A DNA stretch of 64,000 bases from Candidatus Poribacteria bacterium (GCA_965197475.1 CBDANF010000003.1:1184001-1248000), one strand, 5' to 3'; numbered from the stretch's first letter, positions 31,417 through 41,608 are shown. Notes: generated by a model not told the origin, from the sequence alone. Made by a program: numbers and translations.

Positions 31417-32496
31417 ATGAGTCAAAAGATATATCGTGCAGCAGCAATCGGACATTCCGGTGCCGGAAACTTCGGTCACGGATTACATACTGCATATAAG
31501 AACATAGAAAACGTTGAATTTATCGCTGTCTCTGACCCTGATGAAGCGGGTAGAGCGAAAGCAGTTGAGGAAACAGGTGCATTACGTAGTTACGCTGATT
31601 ATCGTGACATGTTAGAGAAAGAGACATTAGACATTGTGAGTGTTTGTCCGCGCTGGACATCGGAACATCTCGCGATGGTAACAGCTTGTCTTGATGCAGG
31701 ATGTAGTGTTTACTGCGAAAAACCTATGACAAGCACACTTGCAGATGGGGATATAATTGTTAAAACAGCACAAGAACGCGGCGTAAAAGTTGCCGTCGCA
31801 CATCAGGCTGTTTACCTACCGGCGACACATGCTATTAGAAAGATGCTCCAGGATAGCAAGATCGGCACTGTGCAAGCCATCTATGCCAGTGGTAAACAGG
31901 ATAGACGTGGAGGCGGTGAAGATATGATTGTCCTTGGTACGCATTTGTTCAATATGATGCGTTTCTTCGCTGGCGATGTTTCCTGGATGCAATCGCATGT
32001 CACCAAAGATGGGAAAGAGGTCGCTTATGGTGATGACCACGAACCGACTGAACCTGTAGGTGCGGTTGCTGGTGATTGTATCAACAGTTATTTCGCTTTT
32101 GAGAGTGGTGTTTCCGGGTTCTTTCAGTCACGCAAGGATCAGGCTGGATCAGGTAGATACGGCATGGAGATTGTTGGAAGTGAAGGGATTTTCTCGCTCC
32201 GAGGTGATGTTGCCAACCGACTTATGGTTTATCCCTATCCAGTATTAGTTCCTTCAAACCCAGCACAGGAGTGGGAAGCGATAGACCTTGACGATACACC
32301 TTTTTTTAGAGGAAATGAACTCGCTATTCTTGATCTGATTGATGCAATTGAGAATGATCAAAAACCGATTTCCGCTGCTGAAGATGCTGTCGCTGCATTG
32401 GAGATGATTTTGGGTGCCTATGAATCCCAACTCACAAGTCAACGCGTTCCGTTTCCGATAGCGAATCGCGAACATCCGTTGAGTCGTGGTACTTAA
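31417..32496 (+). CDS. Gfo/Idh/MocA oxidoreductase
   Basis: YCEKPM, GTHLFN. Confidence 0.9.
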   Translation: MSQKIYRAAAIGHSGAGNFGHGLHTAYKNIENVEFIAVSDPDEAGRAKAVEETGALRSYADYRDMLEKETLDIVSVCPRWTSEHLAMVTACLDAGCSVYCEKPMTSTLADGDIIVKTAQERGVKVAVAHQAVYLPATHAIRKMLQDSKIGTVQAIYASGKQDRRGGGEDMIVLGTHLFNMMRFFAGDVSWMQSHVTKDGKEVAYGDDHEPTEPVGAVAGDCINSYFAFESGVSGFFQSRKDQAGSGRYGMEIVGSEGIFSLRGDVANRLMVYPYPVLVPSNPAQEWEAIDLDDTPFFRGNELAILDLIDAIENDQKPISAAEDAVAALEMILGAYESQLTSQRVPFPIANREHPLSRGT

Positions 32497-32559
32497 GCAG
32501 CACACCCATAGGTGCCAATTTAGCGGTCCTACAACCCTTCTGGGACTTAGCGCGTACTT

Positions 32560-32925
32560 TTTTCTTAAACTGACACATATCTGTTCCGCGCAGCAACTTT
32601 AGGACCTGTCCAAAGTCCGCCATCAGCAGGAGGCGCAGAAAGTGCAGCCTCAAGTGCTGCTTGCTGTGTTTCATCCAGAAAACGACACCTTCCATTGTTT
32701 TTGCGTTTGTCTCGTAGTGCTTCTTCACCCGCAGCGTTATAGCGTTTGAGTAGTTTGCGAACCTAGTCCGCAGTGCAACCTACAATATCAGCGACTTCGC
32801 GGGGTGTCCTCGGATGTGTGGTGTCAGCAAGAAGCCAAATAATATGCCAATGTGTCCGTTCCCGAGAACATTTACATTCAAGATACCTTTGTCTAAGAAC
32901 TTCTGTCGTAAAATGGGGAAAAACC
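32560..32925 (-). pseudogene. IS630-family transposase N-terminal remnant
   Basis: RERTHWHIIWLL...EVADIVGCTAD*VRKLLKRYNAAG...DGGLWTGPKV with in-frame TAG. Confidence 0.75.
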
Positions 32926-33026
32926 CGTTGTTTAGTGTTTTTGTTTACATGTGTTGACAATAACATATCTAAAAAATAAACGCAATAAGTAGTTTTGGAC
33001 TTGCAACAAGCCATTGAATTTTTCAC

Positions 33027-33056
33027 TTGACTCTCTTTTCTCCCACATGTTATACT
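33027..33056 (+). promoter_or_regulatory. Sigma70-type promoter inside the IS1595 left end
   Basis: TTGACT-N18-TATACT with extended -10 TGn. Confidence 0.6.
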
Positions 33057-33060
33057 ATCC

Positions 33061-33139
33061 TAACGTTGTTGGTAGGGAATCTCATCTGTCTCGCTTGAGG
33101 CAGTCCCTACCAAACCGAATGAGATCGGGAACAACGTTA
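33061..33139 (+). ncRNA. Candidate structured RNA (3-way junction with pseudoknot), unclassified
   Basis: P1 33061-70/33130-39; P2 33071-78/33104-11; hairpin 33086-33103; P3 33115-18/33125-28; TCTCAT/ATGAGA loop-bulge pairing. Confidence 0.6.
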
Positions 33140-33199
33140 AGGTTAAACAACGTGATCCTATAAACAAAACACGTACAACCCTTACCATAAGGGAATATC

Positions 33200-33436
33200 A
33201 TGGTACTTTTAGTGTGGCCACTTCTTGTATTTGCTTACTATAAGCAAAAATACACGTTGAAAAACTGGCTTTTGTTTTTCGCTATCATTGGATCTATAGT
33301 CACTGTTCTCGGTGCTCGAGAATACGCATTAGTAGCATTGGTAGCCCAAATTGTCGGCATACCTATTATTTTTCTGTCGGCAAGATTCACCGCTTGGTGT
33401 ATCAAACGGTATGTAAACCGAAAGAAAACAGACTAA
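33200..33436 (+). CDS. Small hydrophobic membrane protein (IS passenger)
   Basis: 78 aa, 2-3 TM segments, basic tail, RBS AAGGGA. Confidence 0.65.
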   Translation: MVLLVWPLLVFAYYKQKYTLKNWLLFFAIIGSIVTVLGAREYALVALVAQIVGIPIIFLSARFTAWCIKRYVNRKKTD

Positions 33437-33484
33437 CCCAACAACGAGGTGCCCCTGTCCCCTCTAACTCACAAAGGAACTATC

Positions 33485-33820
33485 ATGTTAATCATATTTC
33501 CAAAACCTGAACAAATCACTGGATTTTGTCCATTAGCCGTAAATCTTAATATTTATGATGAAATTGTGATCATCAAGAACAACGAATCAAACTTGTTCAA
33601 TCTGACTCTGTTGAAACATGTAGACGCTCATGGATCGAACCAATCAACTTTTCTCTACAATTTGGGCATCTTCCAATCCGAGTCAGATTGCTATACATTG
33701 TTCCAAAATATTCTCGAAGCTTTGAATTCGGATCAAAAGACATTCGAGCTTCCGCCATCTGTGCTGCAAGCACCGCCTGAACCCGCGGATCATGCAAAGA
33801 AACGCCCTGGGTACCTTTAG
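33485..33820 (+). CDS. Hypothetical protein (IS passenger)
   Basis: RBS AAAGGA then ATG 33485 (alternative GTG 33449). Confidence 0.65.
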   Translation: MLIIFPKPEQITGFCPLAVNLNIYDEIVIIKNNESNLFNLTLLKHVDAHGSNQSTFLYNLGIFQSESDCYTLFQNILEALNSDQKTFELPPSVLQAPPEPADHAKKRPGYL

Positions 33821-33826
33821 TTTCAC

Positions 33827-34711
33827 TCATCTCATACTCTCATTAACAAACTTATCAAAGATGCTGTCAATGCTCCTATAGTTATACTTGTAGCACGCCT
33901 CTGCGACATACAGGGGCGTATATTCAGTCCAATAGTGGTGATGTGAACCATACCAAGCGCGTTTGAGAAGCGACCAAAACCCCTCAATCGTGTTTGTGTG
34001 GACATCACCGTCAACAAATTGCTCTTGATGATTGATGATATGATGCTTCATATCTCTACCGAGTGCGAGATAAGCATTATATTCATCGGTCATCAACTCC
34101 GAATCCTGAACTTTCACGGCTCTTCGGATAAAGTCTAAAATAGTCCGTCCTGTCAAATCCCTTGCAAGTTGTGCTACAACTTTCCCACCGCGTTGGACAG
34201 CCCCGATGATTGCGTCTTTATCAGTGCCACGACCACGCTTGGCAGGCTCCGCATCTGCTTTCTTGTTCGGCTTGCGAGGTTTACCCCCGATGTAAGTTTC
34301 ATCAGCCTCTATGATGCCTTGTAATAGCACGTTGCTACCTTTCTTTGCCATTTCAGCACGGATACGAGTCATTATAAACCATGCAGTTTTCTGATTCAAG
34401 TCTAAATCACGACTCAACTGGTAACTGGATAACGACTTCTTCGCATTCACAATCAACGAGATCGCCAAAAACCACTTCTGAAGTGCTATCTTTGTCCCGT
34501 GAAACACCGTGCCACACGTCACCTTGAAAGTAGCAGTGCAATCATGGCATTGCCAGCGTCCGATGCGTCCCAATTCCGTCTCTGTCCGTTCCGCAACGTT
34601 TAGACTATCACAATGCGGACATCTTGGTTCACCACGCCACCGAATATATTCCAAATGCTCAATACATGCTTCTTGGTCAGGAAAACGCTCCATTACCTTC
34701 AATAAATCCAT
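33827..34711 (-). CDS. IS1595-family (ISXO2-like) transposase
   Basis: Zn ribbon CPHC...CHDC; IEADETYIGG, MTDE, HTNTIEGFWSLLKR. Confidence 0.95.
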   Translation of the reverse strand: MDLLKVMERFPDQEACIEHLEYIRWRGEPRCPHCDSLNVAERTETELGRIGRWQCHDCTATFKVTCGTVFHGTKIALQKWFLAISLIVNAKKSLSSYQLSRDLDLNQKTAWFIMTRIRAEMAKKGSNVLLQGIIEADETYIGGKPRKPNKKADAEPAKRGRGTDKDAIIGAVQRGGKVVAQLARDLTGRTILDFIRRAVKVQDSELMTDEYNAYLALGRDMKHHIINHQEQFVDGDVHTNTIEGFWSLLKRAWYGSHHHYWTEYTPLYVAEACYKYNYRSIDSIFDKFVNESMR

Positions 34712-34950
34712 CAGATACTCCTTGAAATAGGAGTTGCTTTTTCTGACGGATTTCTGATATAATACCAGATAAGATTAGAACCGTCAAAAAGCAACTCGCT
34801 TTTTGTGTTCATTTAGGGGGCTACCAACCCCCTACTTTCTTATCTATATTGTATCATAGTTGCACAATTAAAACAAGTGGAAATGTAGTCTACATCTGTG
34901 TTTGTAGCGATTTTTACATGTTTGTTGCAAGTCCAAAACTACTTATTGCG

Positions 34951-35228
34951 AATTTTAATAGCCGAGGAGTAGCACAAAACCATTCCCCATGAACACGGAA
35001 TGCACCAAAATGAAGATGAATTTGCTTTTCTTCTCTACGAGCTTCCTCCTCTGTATCAAACGGAATGACACCTATATCCCATATTGGAGATTCGTTTCCA
35101 GTCTGTAGAACGGCTTGACGAGTTAATAGATCTGTGCGAGTACGACCAATTTTAATAAAATCAGGTTGTTTGTCACCGAAATTGCTCTTCGCGAAAAAGT
35201 ATACTATGGGTTGACTTTCATTTTGCAT
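34951..35228 (-). pseudogene. GIY-YIG/T5orf172-like nuclease truncated by IS1595
   Basis: VYFF...IKIGRT...LQTGN...E..IH..F...RVHGEWF; the last 11 codons of the ORF are read from the IS end. Confidence 0.78.
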
Positions 35229-35250
35229 TATTGATTACTCCTATGAGGTA

Positions 35251-35415
35251 GGCAGCCACATTGAACTGGGTTGAAATTCCTCAGAATCTTGACTTGAACA
35301 GATCTTTTAGGCGAATGTAAGTTAGTCAATGTGAGCGATGGATAGGATAAGCAAAGGTCAACGCTGACCTTTCCTGCCAGAGCAATACTATACTACATTT
35401 TCGACCAAAAGTCAA
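35251..35415 (-). promoter_or_regulatory. Promoter plus structured 5' leader of the nuclease gene
   Basis: TTGACT-N17-TATAGT; helices GGCAG/CTGCC, AAAGGTCA/TGACCTTT, CACATTGA/TCAATGTG. Confidence 0.5.
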
Positions 35416-35475
35416 ATTTATTTTTACACTTTTGCAATAAGGACAAGGAACGAAGAGGTATACAGAAAATCAACG

Positions 35476-35858
35476 TTACTCTGTAACGGTTTTCTTAGCA
35501 TCTTGTTCGCTAAGTATGAAAAAATTACTAATTTCCGCTGAAACAGCCTTCTCTATGATCTCTTGAAGGTAAATATCTATCTCTAACTGACGACGCGCGG
35601 CGTTTAAGGCATCCGACTGTACAACTCAAGACTTGTTTGGATTGTCAGTTCTCCTGAAAAAGGTTTATCCGGCACTTTCCCTTGTTCTTCACAAACTTCA
35701 AAGTAAACTTCAAGCGACTTCTGCATTTCCTCCCGAAGTTCAGCTACAGATGCACCGTAGAACGTGATCACATCCTGTGTATTAATCACTGTTCCGTGGA
35801 ATAGATCTATTTCTGGATCAAAATCTACGACTCCGATATAGCCTCTGAATTCAATCAT
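35476..35858 (-). pseudogene. hicB: HicB-family antitoxin, frameshifted, no adjacent hicA
   Basis: YIGVVDFD...FHGTVIN..DVITFYG...PDKPFSG; shifted frame continues ALNAARRQL.. Confidence 0.75.
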
Positions 35859-35860
35859 GG

Positions 35861-36808
35861 TTAAAAACCGAGCTGCTTATCAACAACGTTTTTCAATGCC
35901 TCACCCTTCAAATACCGCTCAAGGTTATCCAAGAAAAACTCGGTAATACGTCGCATGCGGTGCTGTGAACCCCCAGCAGCATGCGGCGTAATGATAACAT
36001 TATCCATATCCCACAACAGACTCTCTTTATCCAGAGGTTCAATCTCTGTCACATCCAACCCCGCCCCCGCGATTTTACCGGCTTGCAAAATTTCAATAAG
36101 ATCCGCTTCATTAACAATGGGACCGCGGGCAACGTTAATCAGATATGCTGTTGGCTGCATCACAGACAAGTTTTCAGCATTGATCAATCCACGTGTCTCC
36201 TTAGTCAATGGACAAGCAATCATTACAATATCTACGCGACTCATCATGTCTGCAAGTTTTTCCATCGGCATCAGTTCGTCAACGTTTTCCGGCTTTTCGG
36301 TGCGGTAAGCATCCACAGCGATAACGTGCATATCAAATCCTTTTGCGCGTTTCACCATCTGCATGCCGATACCACCTAACCCGACAATGCCGATTCTGAA
36401 TCCATCAATCTCAATCATTGGAGATTTACTGCCACCCCACTGATGATTGTCTTGGTTACGTGTGAAATGGTGAATACCACGTGTTATACCGAGCAGGAGC
36501 GCAAACGCTTGGTCAGCGACGTGCGTGCCGTAAAGTCCAGCGGCGTTTGTCAAGACCACATCGCTTTCGCGTATCGCAGGATACATGTGTCTGTCCATAC
36601 CTGCACTGGATGCCTGAATCCACTTGATATTGGGCAGGAGCGGGAAAATATCCTCGCTACAGAAACCGAAAAAAATATCAATATCTTTGCCTTCTTCAGC
36701 AATTTCCTCGCGTGAACCCGGCATGACGTAGGTATGTTCATCACCAATAATGTTTTCTAACCGCTTTAACTGGTCGTCTTCAACTTGATGTTGTAATAAT
36801 ATCTTCAT
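35861..36808 (-). CDS. D-2-hydroxyacid dehydrogenase
   Basis: GLGGIG, INVARG, LDV..EP, TPHAAG. Confidence 0.92.
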   Translation of the reverse strand: MKILLQHQVEDDQLKRLENIIGDEHTYVMPGSREEIAEEGKDIDIFFGFCSEDIFPLLPNIKWIQASSAGMDRHMYPAIRESDVVLTNAAGLYGTHVADQAFALLLGITRGIHHFTRNQDNHQWGGSKSPMIEIDGFRIGIVGLGGIGMQMVKRAKGFDMHVIAVDAYRTEKPENVDELMPMEKLADMMSRVDIVMIACPLTKETRGLINAENLSVMQPTAYLINVARGPIVNEADLIEILQAGKIAGAGLDVTEIEPLDKESLLWDMDNVIITPHAAGGSQHRMRRITEFFLDNLERYLKGEALKNVVDKQLGF

Positions 36809-36841
36809 AAATTTCCTTCAGATACTGTTTACGAATTCCGC

Positions 36842-37735
36842 TTACCATGGTGGGGTTTCTGGCAATAATTCTTGAAATTTACTGAGTAATTCGTCTTCAT
36901 AGCTGCCTGCATATTGCTCATTAAAGAATCTATTTACCCCTTCCTCAAGGAAGTGTGCCCAAGATGTATCTTCTGCACCGGGATTGACAGGAAAAAACAT
37001 TGCACCCACACTTCGCGCGGCTTTTAGGTCCCCCGGAGAATCACCTATCATCAAAACACGGTTTTCAGGATATTTGTCCTTCGTTGTGATGGTAAGATGT
37101 TCTGTTTTCGTTCCCATCTCCTGTCCGGCAATCAAGGCTACATATTGGTCAATATCGTGTTCGTCCCATTCCCGTTTGAGTGCCTCATCAGGGGTAGCAG
37201 ACACGACAATGACATCCGCTTTTCCTTGGAGTCGTTGCAGCGCGTCACGGACACCGGGAAACGGGGGTAGGTTGTAGACAATCTCCGCAACACTTTCATT
37301 TACACCAAGACTCCATTGCATTACTTGACTCAACTCATCAAGTCTTTCACCAGTCGCGGCATCAAGTGCTTCCTGAAGTGCGGGATTTCCAAGTTTCGTT
37401 TCGGTTTCAGTCCATTCTCTCAGGTGCGGTAGTTCTGGCACTTCTACCCCCATCTTCTGTACAAGAGACATCTCACGTAAATAATCGAACACGAGCAACA
37501 CGGCTTTAAATCGATTCGTACCGCGCATCGTGGAATAGAGGTTGACAAAATCCCACGCCTGATGCACTTGTCTTGAAATGGACGCTAAACCAAAATGCTT
37601 GACGACGTTCACGCTAAAGCAGTCGTTGTGTTTGACTTCCATGCTATTGAAAACACACCCGTCTGAATCAATTCCGACAAAAAAATCGTGTTGTGGTTTA
37701 AAATCATACAATGCTTGTTGTGGTTCTTGAGCCAT
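36842..37735 (-). CDS. HAD-family hydrolase
   Basis: DSDGC motif I, MIGDSPGD motif IV. Confidence 0.88.
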   Translation of the reverse strand: MAQEPQQALYDFKPQHDFFVGIDSDGCVFNSMEVKHNDCFSVNVVKHFGLASISRQVHQAWDFVNLYSTMRGTNRFKAVLLVFDYLREMSLVQKMGVEVPELPHLREWTETETKLGNPALQEALDAATGERLDELSQVMQWSLGVNESVAEIVYNLPPFPGVRDALQRLQGKADVIVVSATPDEALKREWDEHDIDQYVALIAGQEMGTKTEHLTITTKDKYPENRVLMIGDSPGDLKAARSVGAMFFPVNPGAEDTSWAHFLEEGVNRFFNEQYAGSYEDELLSKFQELLPETPPW

Positions 37736-37745
37736 AAATTCTCCT

Positions 37746-39224
37746 TTATTCTACAATAACTTCTGGACGATTCTCCAACATCCATTCGGTATGGAACACC
37801 GTCGGTTCTCCATCTTCTCCGACAATAGTGTTACCATCAGCATCCAATTTATGGTAGGTATGTGCACCGAAGTAATCTCGCATCGCTTGGATAAGGTTGG
37901 CAGAGAGTCTGCTACTGCGATAACTATCAAAATAGGCTAATGCTGAACTGAACGCTGGAATGGGAACACCAAGTTGTGTGGCAGTGCTAACGACATTCCG
38001 CCAGTGAGGTTGCGCCGCTTCTATGATGCCACGGAAATAGGAGTCAAGCAACAAATTCGGCAGATCAGGATTGCGATCAAATGCTTCGGCAATCCTATGC
38101 AGGAATTTTGCCCGAATGATGCAGCCACCGCGCCAACCTAAAGCGATTTTGCCGAGATCCAGACCCCATTCATTTTCTACACTTGCTTCTCGCATTAATG
38201 CAAATCCTTGCGCGTAAGAGCAGATTTTGGCTGCATAAAGCGCATCGTGGATGGCATTCAAGGTTTCCTCTCGGTTTCCATCATAAGTGTCAACAGGTCC
38301 ATTAATAACCTCAGACGCATCAACACGTTCGCTTTTAATTGCAGAGATGCAGCGTGCAAAAACTGCCTCAGCGATCGTGGGAGCGGATATGCCCAGATCC
38401 AATGCAGAAATGCTTGTCCATTTGCCTGTGCCTTTTTGTCCCGCTTGGTCCAGCACAACATCAACAAACGGTGTACCACTCGCGTCCCGTTGTGTGAATA
38501 TATCTGCAGTAATTTCGATGAGATAGGAATTTAGTTCGCCTTGATTCCATTTGTTGAAGACTTCGTGCATTTCGTCCGCGTTCATCCCAAGAACGCCTTT
38601 CATCAGAGAGTAAGCTTCGCAAATCAGCTGCATGTCGCCATATTCAATGCCGTTATGCACCATTTTAACGTAATGTCCCGCACCGTTTGGTCCAATGTAG
38701 GAACAGCAAGGTGTACCTTCGACTTGCGCCGCTATCTTGGTGAAGATTGGTTCTACGAGAGCATAAGCTTCTGGCGAACCGCCCGGCATCATTGCTGGAC
38801 CTTTTAATGCACCTTCTTCACCGCCAGAGATACCTGTTCCGATGAAAAGAATATCCTGTTCAGCCAATTCTGCGTGTCGGCGAATCGTATCATTGAAATT
38901 TGAGTTGCCACCATCTATAATCAGATCGCCTTTTGAGAGATGTGGGACCAATTGTGCAATAAACGCATCAACCGGTTCCCCTGCCTTTACCATCAAAATT
39001 ATTTTGCGCGGTGTATCTAATTTTTCAATAAATTCCGCAATTGAGTGTGCACCTGTGATATTTTTTCCGGTTGCTGTGTCTGCTATGAAAGCATCAACTC
39101 GTGAAACGGTTCGGTTAAAAACCGCTACCTCAAATCCTTTGCTTTCCATATTCAGTGTGAGGTTTTCACCCATCACTGCTAATCCAATGAGTCCTATATC
39201 TGCTGCCAAATTTATTCCCTCCAA
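37746..39224 (-). CDS. gnd: 6-phosphogluconate dehydrogenase, NADP-dependent
   Basis: GLAVMGENL, VKMVHNGIEYGDMQ, QKGTGKWT, RDYFGAHTY. Confidence 0.97.
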   Translation of the reverse strand: MEGINLAADIGLIGLAVMGENLTLNMESKGFEVAVFNRTVSRVDAFIADTATGKNITGAHSIAEFIEKLDTPRKIILMVKAGEPVDAFIAQLVPHLSKGDLIIDGGNSNFNDTIRRHAELAEQDILFIGTGISGGEEGALKGPAMMPGGSPEAYALVEPIFTKIAAQVEGTPCCSYIGPNGAGHYVKMVHNGIEYGDMQLICEAYSLMKGVLGMNADEMHEVFNKWNQGELNSYLIEITADIFTQRDASGTPFVDVVLDQAGQKGTGKWTSISALDLGISAPTIAEAVFARCISAIKSERVDASEVINGPVDTYDGNREETLNAIHDALYAAKICSYAQGFALMREASVENEWGLDLGKIALGWRGGCIIRAKFLHRIAEAFDRNPDLPNLLLDSYFRGIIEAAQPHWRNVVSTATQLGVPIPAFSSALAYFDSYRSSRLSANLIQAMRDYFGAHTYHKLDADGNTIVGEDGEPTVFHTEWMLENRPEVIVE

Positions 39225-39886
39225 TGATAATATGTGTTTTGCATATCATACACTGCAAGAGATGGTGATGTCAACAGGAAATTAAATTGGGTGTGCTGTG
39301 TGCGAAAGGATATGTTTTTGGGAAGTTGGGCGGTGTGTTGTCTTAACCAGGATTTTTAGGATTATTTGGATTAGCATATATTTTAAACGTGCCTACTACT
39401 TTGAGCGCACATTTAACATTCGAATTATTTATGTCTCAACTAACTCAAAACCTGCCAAATCGGTTCCGCGTCCTCAACACCGACAAGTTTTGATCTAACC
39501 CGCAGTGGAAGAAAGTGAGTCGATAATATAGGTTGCCGGACATATAAAAAAAGGTATCTGTCTCTCTTCTTCTTGCTTAATAAGAACATTATATATCTCT
39601 TATCAAAAGAGTTTCTGTAACCCATAATTAATTGTAAACGTTAAAATTCTTAAATGGGGATGGGATGCTTTACGCAAACGCTCTGTTTCCATAATGCATA
39701 TTCAGTGTAAGTTGCCAACTTGAAATGTGCGCTTACACCGTTTGTATTCCTTTGATGTCCGAACGGTTTATTGCACATATATGGGTAGGTTAGTAACCGT
39801 TCGGACCCCTCTTAAATTTATATAGTAAATGAGTAGATATAAAAATCCACCTTTGGAAAACAGATTTTTCAGAAGGAGACTTAGGA

Positions 39887-41605
39887 ATGGCACCTAACAG
39901 TGTAACTGGTAGTTTTCAAGGTATTGAGGTTAGTTTTGTCTACAACGGCCCTCATATTGTAATGAGTGTTTTGAATACCGCTGAAGAAGGTAGGCGGCTC
40001 CGGGTGATGTATCAACAACAGCCACTGAGTGGGCGCGTCAATTGGACATCTTTTCAATTAACAGGACAATCACAAGTTGTTGTTGTACCGATAGAGGTGA
40101 TTCAGTCACACAAGTTAGCATTTTACGTTGACAATCATAAGCCGATTGCTACTTATACAGAAAAAATCGTAGACGAATTAAAACAGATTCAAGATCTACA
40201 GTTATCGGGTAATCCGGCAAAAAGTACAGCATCCGAGTCAGAGACACAACCACACCTAAATACACAAAATGGGCAACTGGTAGGAAACGAAAACAATACC
40301 GAAAACAAAGCAAACGATGTGACAATTCAAACTCCGAAACACGAAATTGGGAAGGATAATACTGCAGCAGATGATAAATCTGAAATAGCTGCACATCTAT
40401 CAAAACCCAAGACCGCTAATCCTACGTCAGATGAAACACTTGATGTTAAGCGCAACAATGCTACCCCAGAGTTAGCCGCCTCCGCATCATTACAACCACA
40501 AAATACAGATGTCAATTCTAACGGAAATAGAGGCCACATAACGCGACAGGAAGGTGTGCAGGATGAACCGATACCAAAAGAGAAATCTAAGGTGACGGAT
40601 ATACCCTCACAACAAGCACAGTCTGTTGATGAATCCGATCCAATTCCTAAACGTAAGAACCAATATATAGGTCAGTACATTCCAAGCGTAAGTACTGAAC
40701 TACAATTTAAAATGAAGGTGCCTTCGCTTCCAAAAAGTGCTTTTAAGAAGCAAACGACTTTCATACCCCCACGCAGTACTGGAAAATCAGATTCAAATGG
40801 CAAAAAACATGGTTTCTTTGGACAATTGGCTGGCGTATTCGGCTTCGCGTTTTCAAACAAGCAAAAGGAATTCTATTTGCAGCAAAACCGACATCTCCAT
40901 GAGAAATTTCATGCAAATTTGGAAAAGTTAAAGAGCGATTACAATAATGGATATGGAATTTCCCTGGATAATTGGGACCTTGAATCTCTAAGTGAACAAC
41001 AGACAGCTGTCCTTCTTCTAAATCTCATGGTCAATGAGGTCAGCGAATGGAAAAAGGCTGCCAAAAAAGGGAGCACAACTAAAGGCACCCTTGCGAAATC
41101 TCTTGAGAATATTGAGGATGAACTTAAGCATGTATTGAAACAGACAAGAGGCATTCAGGCACCAGCACCAACCCTTTTCCCGGATAGAACTGCTGCGACT
41201 GATCAAGATTTGATGGAGATCCAGAAGGAATGTGATGCTTACCTCAAACGTTTTTCTGAAAAATTAGCTGTACTTGAACAAAAACATGCAGAAAAGGTCA
41301 GAATCCCAGTATTCAAAAAGTTTTTGATCGAATTTGTACGAGATAAACTTTTTCCAAACGTCGTAGAATTCAGCTCACTTACCACTGTTCAGCCCCGGTT
41401 AAACTGGTTCCTTGATATAATTGACTATGAATTAATGCCGATTGAGCCGGGTAAAACGAAGTTTTCACCTGAACACCATGAGGTCAAAGAGAAACGCAGT
41501 ACCGATTTAGAATCCGATACGATCGTTGAAGTCGTTTCACCAGGTTTGCAAACAAAAGACGGAAAACGGGTTATCCAAAATGCTATCGTGATTCAAGCGG
41601 AGTAG
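39887..41605 (+). CDS. Hypothetical protein with disordered linker and C-terminal GrpE-like domain
   Basis: Helical region then IEPGKTKFSPEHHEV...TIVEVVSPGL...VI..A.V, resembling the GrpE beta domain. Confidence 0.65.
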   Translation: MAPNSVTGSFQGIEVSFVYNGPHIVMSVLNTAEEGRRLRVMYQQQPLSGRVNWTSFQLTGQSQVVVVPIEVIQSHKLAFYVDNHKPIATYTEKIVDELKQIQDLQLSGNPAKSTASESETQPHLNTQNGQLVGNENNTENKANDVTIQTPKHEIGKDNTAADDKSEIAAHLSKPKTANPTSDETLDVKRNNATPELAASASLQPQNTDVNSNGNRGHITRQEGVQDEPIPKEKSKVTDIPSQQAQSVDESDPIPKRKNQYIGQYIPSVSTELQFKMKVPSLPKSAFKKQTTFIPPRSTGKSDSNGKKHGFFGQLAGVFGFAFSNKQKEFYLQQNRHLHEKFHANLEKLKSDYNNGYGISLDNWDLESLSEQQTAVLLLNLMVNEVSEWKKAAKKGSTTKGTLAKSLENIEDELKHVLKQTRGIQAPAPTLFPDRTAATDQDLMEIQKECDAYLKRFSEKLAVLEQKHAEKVRIPVFKKFLIEFVRDKLFPNVVEFSSLTTVQPRLNWFLDIIDYELMPIEPGKTKFSPEHHEVKEKRSTDLESDTIVEVVSPGLQTKDGKRVIQNAIVIQAE

Positions 41606-41608
41606 CAT

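Larger units (their letters stand above)
32981..34950 (-). mobile_element. IS1595-family element with passenger genes
   Basis: Perfect 29-bp TIR cgcaataagtagttttggacttgcaacaa at 32981-33009 and its reverse complement at 34922-34950; no matching TSD. Confidence 0.9.

Noticed and set aside
32761-32766. In-frame TAG as possible pyrrolysine/readthrough
   Set aside because: Lies in a decayed IS630 fragment at a position where Trp (TGG) is expected; simple nonsense mutation.
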